Made by a program: the position numbers and the translations under genes
The notes under the pieces: model-generated
Database searches by the model: none
Told to the model about the DNA's origin: nothing
The model's input: the letters and a program-made list of their open reading frames with translations, nothing else
In this document: piece by piece, positions 59,660 through 64,000 of the stretch
How positions within the stretch are numbered: the first letter of the stretch is position 1
Layout: each line of letters opens with the position of its first letter
Source: an uncultured virus (IMG/VR IMGVR_UViG_3300034101_003821)
Lineage: Duplodnaviria; Heunggongvirae; Uroviricota; Caudoviricetes
IMG/VR virus record: IMGVR_UViG_3300034101_003821
Length of the DNA stretch: 64,000 nucleotides
Direction: 5' to 3' (one strand)

Positions 59660-59902
59660 TCAAACCTTTTTGTACTTGTAATTTTTAGCGATGGTGGAAC
59701 TAAAAAACTTACCTTGGGATTCCGATAACCTGAATCTAGTGTAAATTGTGTGCGGTACTTCATCATATTCATATTTAGTTCCATTTTTGAATTCAACAAT
59801 CATTTTTTTAGTTGCTGTATCATACTCACTTCTTACTAAATTACTTGATTGTACTTCATTTATAATTTTTGTACCTACTATTTCTTCTTTTAATATTGCC
59901 AT
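59660..59902 (-). CDS. KTSC-domain protein
   Basis: VQSSNLVRSEYD....MIVEFKNGTKYEYDEVP..IY..F..SESQGKFF...I. Confidence 0.88.
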   Translation of the reverse strand: MAILKEEIVGTKIINEVQSSNLVRSEYDTATKKMIVEFKNGTKYEYDEVPHTIYTRFRLSESQGKFFSSTIAKNYKYKKV

Positions 59903-59914
59903 TTTTTTAAATTT

Positions 59915-59942
59915 AAAAAACCCCCATTTATATCGGGGGTTA
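59915..59942 (-). terminator. Intrinsic terminator
   Basis: AAAAAACCCCC-ATTTATATC-GGGGGTT. Confidence 0.7.
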
Positions 59943-59945
59943 AAG

Positions 59946-60383
59946 TTAATTAATTTTTTTTAATTCATCTCTGATTTCTATAGCCCTTTCGAAATCTTGT
60001 TTTTCAATAGCTATTTCCATTTCTTTTTTGAGAGTTTCAATTTTCCCTTTGTTTTTCTGAAGTTCTTTTATTTCGTCTCTGATTTTAGCCGCCTGTTCAA
60101 AATCTTGGTTTTGGATACATTCGTTTAATTTAGTTTCCAAATCCCTCTTTGTATTTGAATTAGATGCTGACCATTTTGTGTTAGGGTTAATCACAAAATG
60201 AATCGAAGTAATAATTCCATCCTTTGTCTTTCTAACTGAATTTCTTAGTTTACTAAAATCAGTATCAATGTCATCATACTTTAAATTCTCCAAGAAACTT
60301 TCAAATGGAATTGTTGGTTTATGTTTTCCACCGAAAATCTCATCCAAAATTTTCTCAAATTTTTTATAAAAATCGTTATCCAT
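59946..60383 (-). CDS. Protein with two tandem UvrB/UvrC (UVR) motifs (McsA C-terminus-like)
   Basis: LNECIQNQDFEQAAKIRDEIKEL and MEIAIEKQDFERAIEIRDELKKI. Confidence 0.8.
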   Translation of the reverse strand: MDNDFYKKFEKILDEIFGGKHKPTIPFESFLENLKYDDIDTDFSKLRNSVRKTKDGIITSIHFVINPNTKWSASNSNTKRDLETKLNECIQNQDFEQAAKIRDEIKELQKNKGKIETLKKEMEIAIEKQDFERAIEIRDELKKIN

Positions 60384-60549
60384 AATAAATTGTTTGTTAT
60401 TAAGTTTATTTTACTTAGTATTGTACGAATTATATACCAATTAATTAAGATAATCAATAATGTCACTTTGTAATTAAAAATACTGACATTTTGTCATTAC
60501 AAGATTGTTGAAAATACCAAATAAAACATTATTATTAAATAAAAAAGTT

Positions 60550-62580
60550 ATGATAGAATCTAAAGATGGAGATTACTCAAGTAAAGGTAAGGGCGACACA
60601 CCAGTATTAAATAATTTTGCAAAAGATTTGGTTAAACTTGCGGAGGAGGGAAAATTAGACCCTGTTGTAGGTAGAGATAGAGAAATAACAAGAATAGCCC
60701 AAATATTATCAAGAAGAAAGAAAAATAATCCAATTATAATCGGTGAACCAGGTTGTGGAAAAACCGCTATAGTAGAAGGTTTGGCCTTGAAAATATTGAA
60801 TGGAGATTGTCCAAGAAATCTAATGGATAAAAGAATTATGTCCTTAGATATGACCTCAATTGTTGCAGGTACAAAATATAGAGGACAATTTGAGGAAAGA
60901 ATGAAGGTGATTATAGAAGAACTACAAGCCGCCCCAAATATCATTTTGTTTATCGATGAAATCCATCAAATTGTTGGTGCAGGTAATTCATCAGGTTCAT
61001 TGGATGCCTCTAACATATTTAAACCAGCCTTAGCAAGAGGGGAAATCCAATGTATTGGTGCAACCACTTTGGATGAATATAGAAAGAATTTTGAAAAAGA
61101 TGGGGCATTAGAAAGACGATTCCAAAAAGTAATTGTTGACCCATCAACTAAAGATGAAACATTACAAATTTTATTAAATGTCAAAGACAAATATGAAAAT
61201 TACCATAAAGTAAATTATAGTGATGATGTACTTAAACTTTGTGTTGATTTAGCAGAAAGATATATTACAGATAGAGAATTTCCGGATAAGGCATTTGACA
61301 TTATTGATGAAGTCGGAGCAAGAAGTCAGGTTGAAATTAAAATGCCCCAAATTGTGGAGGATTTGAAAACACAAGCCCAAGAAATAAAAAAACAAAAAAT
61401 AGATGTTGTAAAAAGTCAAAACTATGAACTGGCTGCAGATTTAAGAGATAAGGAAACAAAAATATTAGATAAGTTAGAAGAGGAAAAAAAGAAATTCGAA
61501 TTTGATTTATTAAACAAAAAGAAAGAAGTTAGTGTGGAACTAGTTTATGAAGTTGTATCTAATATGACTAAGATTCCTGTCTCAAAAATGGATTCTGATG
61601 AAACTAATAAACTTTCATCTCTTGATAACAATTTGGCTTCGAAAGTTATTGGACAATCAGAAGCTGTTCTTAAAATCGCAAAAGCAATAAGGAGAAATAG
61701 ATTGGGGATTAAAGACCCTAATAAACCAATTGGTTCATTTATTTTCTTAGGCTCAACAGGTGTGGGTAAAACTTATTTAGCCAAACAATTAGCTAAGGAA
61801 ATATTTGGTAGTGAAGAAAATCTAATCCGTGTTGATATGTCAGAATTCCAAGAAAAACATTCAATATCAAGATTAATTGGTTCACCTCCAGGTTACGTTG
61901 GTTACGATGAAGGGGGACAACTTACCGAACAAGTGAAAAATAAACCATATTCAGTTATTTTATTCGATGAAATTGAGAAAGCAAATAAAGACGTGTTTGC
62001 AACGTTACTCCAAGTTTTAGACGATGGACATCTTACTGATGGTCTTGGAAGAAAAATTAATTTCAAGAATTGTATCATTATTATGACCTCAAACCTTGGT
62101 GTCAAAAAACTACAAGATTTTGGTACTGGTGTTGGATTCAAAACAAACGCGAATGTTTACATTGAAGAGGAACATAAAAGGGATATGTTAAAAAAGGAAT
62201 TGCAGAAATTCTTTGCCCCTGAATTCCTTAATCGTATTGATGAAATTATTGTTTTTAATACATTGAAGGAAGACGAAGTAAAACAAATTGTTAAATTAGA
62301 GGTCGATAAACTAATTAAAAGATTAGAAGGTTTGAATTATAATATTTCTTGTGATGATTCAGTTTTAGAATTAATTTCTAAAGTTGGTTTTGATGAAACA
62401 TATGGTGCCAGACCAATCAAAAGAGCAATTCAAGATAAAATTGAAGATTTTGTATCAGAAGAGGTGTTAAATGGTAAAATTATAGAAAATGAACAATACA
62501 TTCTAACCGTAGATAATGAAAGTATAATTTTCAAAGAAAAGGAAACCAAAAAAACCAAAAAGAAAAAAGGGACTGAATAG
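60550..62580 (+). CDS. clpC: ClpC-like Hsp100 AAA+ ATPase lacking the N-terminal Clp repeat domain
   Basis: LDPVVGR, GEPGCGKT, KYRGQFEER, FIDEIH, UVR-type M domain (QNYELAADLRD), GSTGVGKT, PPGYVGY, VGF ClpP-binding loop; NBD1 begins ~20 aa from the start. Confidence 0.85.
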   Translation: MIESKDGDYSSKGKGDTPVLNNFAKDLVKLAEEGKLDPVVGRDREITRIAQILSRRKKNNPIIIGEPGCGKTAIVEGLALKILNGDCPRNLMDKRIMSLDMTSIVAGTKYRGQFEERMKVIIEELQAAPNIILFIDEIHQIVGAGNSSGSLDASNIFKPALARGEIQCIGATTLDEYRKNFEKDGALERRFQKVIVDPSTKDETLQILLNVKDKYENYHKVNYSDDVLKLCVDLAERYITDREFPDKAFDIIDEVGARSQVEIKMPQIVEDLKTQAQEIKKQKIDVVKSQNYELAADLRDKETKILDKLEEEKKKFEFDLLNKKKEVSVELVYEVVSNMTKIPVSKMDSDETNKLSSLDNNLASKVIGQSEAVLKIAKAIRRNRLGIKDPNKPIGSFIFLGSTGVGKTYLAKQLAKEIFGSEENLIRVDMSEFQEKHSISRLIGSPPGYVGYDEGGQLTEQVKNKPYSVILFDEIEKANKDVFATLLQVLDDGHLTDGLGRKINFKNCIIIMTSNLGVKKLQDFGTGVGFKTNANVYIEEEHKRDMLKKELQKFFAPEFLNRIDEIIVFNTLKEDEVKQIVKLEVDKLIKRLEGLNYNISCDDSVLELISKVGFDETYGARPIKRAIQDKIEDFVSEEVLNGKIIENEQYILTVDNESIIFKEKETKKTKKKKGTE

Positions 62581-62591
62581 TCCCTTTTTTT
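62563..62591. terminator. Bidirectional terminator between convergent genes
   Basis: AAAAAAGGGAC-TGAATA-GTCCCTTTTTT. Confidence 0.8.
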
Positions 62592-62592
62592 A

Positions 62593-63264
62593 TTATTTTA
62601 TTAATTGTTTGAATCTATCAATTTCCTCTTTTAAATTTTCTTCTTTTTTCTTTTCCTCTGTACCCTTTGTTTCACCTGTACTTGTTAAAGGACTTGTTGA
62701 CTTCTTAGTTGTTGTAGTTGTTGTAGTATCAAAATCAACCACTTCAGGTTTACTCAAATCTTCTTCAGGACTCATTTCATCCTTTGACATCATCAAATCT
62801 TTACCTATTTGCGCTCTCTTTGAACCAGGAACAACATCTAATCGTTGTCCACTCAATTTTTCAGTAGATAAAAGATTTATTTCACCTAAAGCTTTTTTGT
62901 AACCAGGAAAAAATGGTTCCCACTTTGTAATAACAAAATCCAAAAGTTTTAACAATCTCATTTTTTTCTCAGGTGCGATTGATAACTTATCAACTCTTGG
63001 TTTTAACTCCTTGAGTTCTTCCATAAATTTTTCAATGTCATCAAGTTCTTTAATTACTTTTTGACTTCTATTTTTAATTTTACTCAAAAATTTAAAATAA
63101 CCAAAACTTTCACCTTTCATAAAACCTCTTACACCTTGGAAAAAGTCACTAGCTTTAGTACCACTTAGAATTTCGTCTAATTCTTCTGTTTGAGATTCAG
63201 TTTCTAAAATTATATTAGATAATCTTTCGATGTCACTTTCATTAATATTTCTATACTTACTCAT
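62593..63264 (-). CDS. Hypothetical protein
   Basis: 223 aa; TATTTATA motif at 63277-63284; INES...IILE leader and C-terminal LKEEIDRFKQLI. Confidence 0.7.
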   Translation of the reverse strand: MSKYRNINESDIERLSNIILETESQTEELDEILSGTKASDFFQGVRGFMKGESFGYFKFLSKIKNRSQKVIKELDDIEKFMEELKELKPRVDKLSIAPEKKMRLLKLLDFVITKWEPFFPGYKKALGEINLLSTEKLSGQRLDVVPGSKRAQIGKDLMMSKDEMSPEEDLSKPEVVDFDTTTTTTTKKSTSPLTSTGETKGTEEKKKEENLKEEIDRFKQLIK

Positions 63265-63305
63265 AATTTTTTTATTTATAAATATAGTAATATATGAAAA
63301 AAAAA

Positions 63306-64000
63306 TTATTTTTTAGTGTATTTTTTTGTACCCAACTCAGATATCATTTTCTTAGCAATATCCAAAGTATTATATACATCATCAACAATTACATATTCGT
63401 GTTCTGTGTGATAGTTGTAATAACCAACAGCAAAGTTTATACAGGAAAAATCAAATAGTTGTTTAAGTGCGTAAACATCAGTATAAGGGTGGGATTGGTA
63501 TTTGTTTCGACTATTAAAACCCTCCGTTAATACTTTGTCACATTTATCGAAGAAATCACTACCCTTATCAAATAGTTTGACACCCATACAATACTCACTG
63601 ACCATCCAATTACCAGGAGCATCAAATTGCATAACATAACCAACATTTGAGAAGAAATCTTTATCGGCTTTTTTTGACCCATGACATCCTGTTTCTTCCG
63701 ATACAAAGAAAGCTGCTTTGACATTTGGTAATTGTTTTAATAACTCCAAACAAACATAAACACCACATTTGTCATCACCCCCAATTCCAGTGGGTAATCC
63801 TTGGTCATTAAAAGCCTTTAAGGCCATCTTTAATTCGTTTTGGTCATTGGGTAACATCATCTCACGAATATTGATTGTATCGAGCTCGTGAACGGTATCT
63901 GTGTGGGCAACGACACAAGGAAAATATTCAACCTCATCAGTTTGTTTGGTTGCATAAACATTTCCCATCTTATCAACAAAATAAGGAATATTATTTTCAA
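63306..64000 (-). CDS. M20/M28/M42-clan zinc peptidase, 5' end beyond the window
   Basis: AHTDTVH, GGDDKCG, SEETG, YHT..E; the frame stays open upstream of 63968 (ENNIPYFVDKMGNV) to the edge. Confidence 0.8.
   Translation of the reverse strand, partial: ENNIPYFVDKMGNVYATKQTDEVEYFPCVVAHTDTVHELDTINIREMMLPNDQNELKMALKAFNDQGLPTGIGGDDKCGVYVCLELLKQLPNVKAAFFVSEETGCHGSKKADKDFFSNVGYVMQFDAPGNWMVSEYCMGVKLFDKGSDFFDKCDKVLTEGFNSRNKYQSHPYTDVYALKQLFDFSCINFAVGYYNYHTEHEYVIVDDVYNTLDIAKKMISELGTKKYTKK

Noticed and set aside
972..63724. Numerous short ORFs overlapping long genes (e.g. 11323-11697, 23005-23394, 35893-36288, 48005-48418, 60573-60944)
   Set aside because: They are antisense or alternate-frame shadows of well-supported genes, with no recognisable motifs.
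1..64000. Alternative genetic code (TAG or TGA recoding as in some large phages)
   Set aside because: Conserved genes (capsid, portal, terminase, ClpC) are full length in the standard code, and TAG/TGA occur at sensible gene ends.
1..64000. tRNA, rRNA or large ncRNA genes
   Set aside because: Intergenic gaps are short and AT-rich, and I recognised no cloverleaf or rRNA-like segment by eye. A tRNAscan/Infernal run would be needed to exclude them formally.

Overview
AT-rich, gene-dense fragment of a large T4-like (myovirus-type, probably jumbo) bacteriophage using the standard genetic code. A Bacteroidota host is inferred from the bS21 gene, a DUF4494-like gene and A-rich start regions without Shine-Dalgarno sites. 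Left to right: (i) Gly/Thr/Pro/Cys-rich virion-type proteins (1-4.9 kb). (ii) Small genes including a stand-alone WYL protein and a free-standing endonuclease. (iii) A ~25 kb glycosyltransferase and nucleotide-sugar cluster (8.4-33.9 kb) that also holds a 3'-5' exonuclease, PhoH and a fractured dUTPase. (iv) A gp55-like late sigma factor and baseplate/virion genes. (v) The T4-like head module (major capsid, scaffold, prohead protease, portal, large terminase) with an embedded ribosomal protein bS21. (vi) A nucleotidyltransferase, a KTSC protein, a double-UVR protein facing an N-domain-less ClpC-like ATPase, and a peptidase. The standout is the dUTPase: it is split inside catalytic motif 3 by a naturally split intein (IntN 10721-10996, IntC 11907-12014), with a free-standing PD-(D/E)XK endonuclease gene between the halves and no canonical block-B histidine. 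Also notable are a recurrent sense-strand TATTTAT(A) motif before structural and endonuclease genes (the reverse complement of the T4 late promoter), a shared N-terminal (I/L)-x-E propeptide-like signal, and unusual enzyme fusions. All family calls come from motif recognition by eye, not from database searches.
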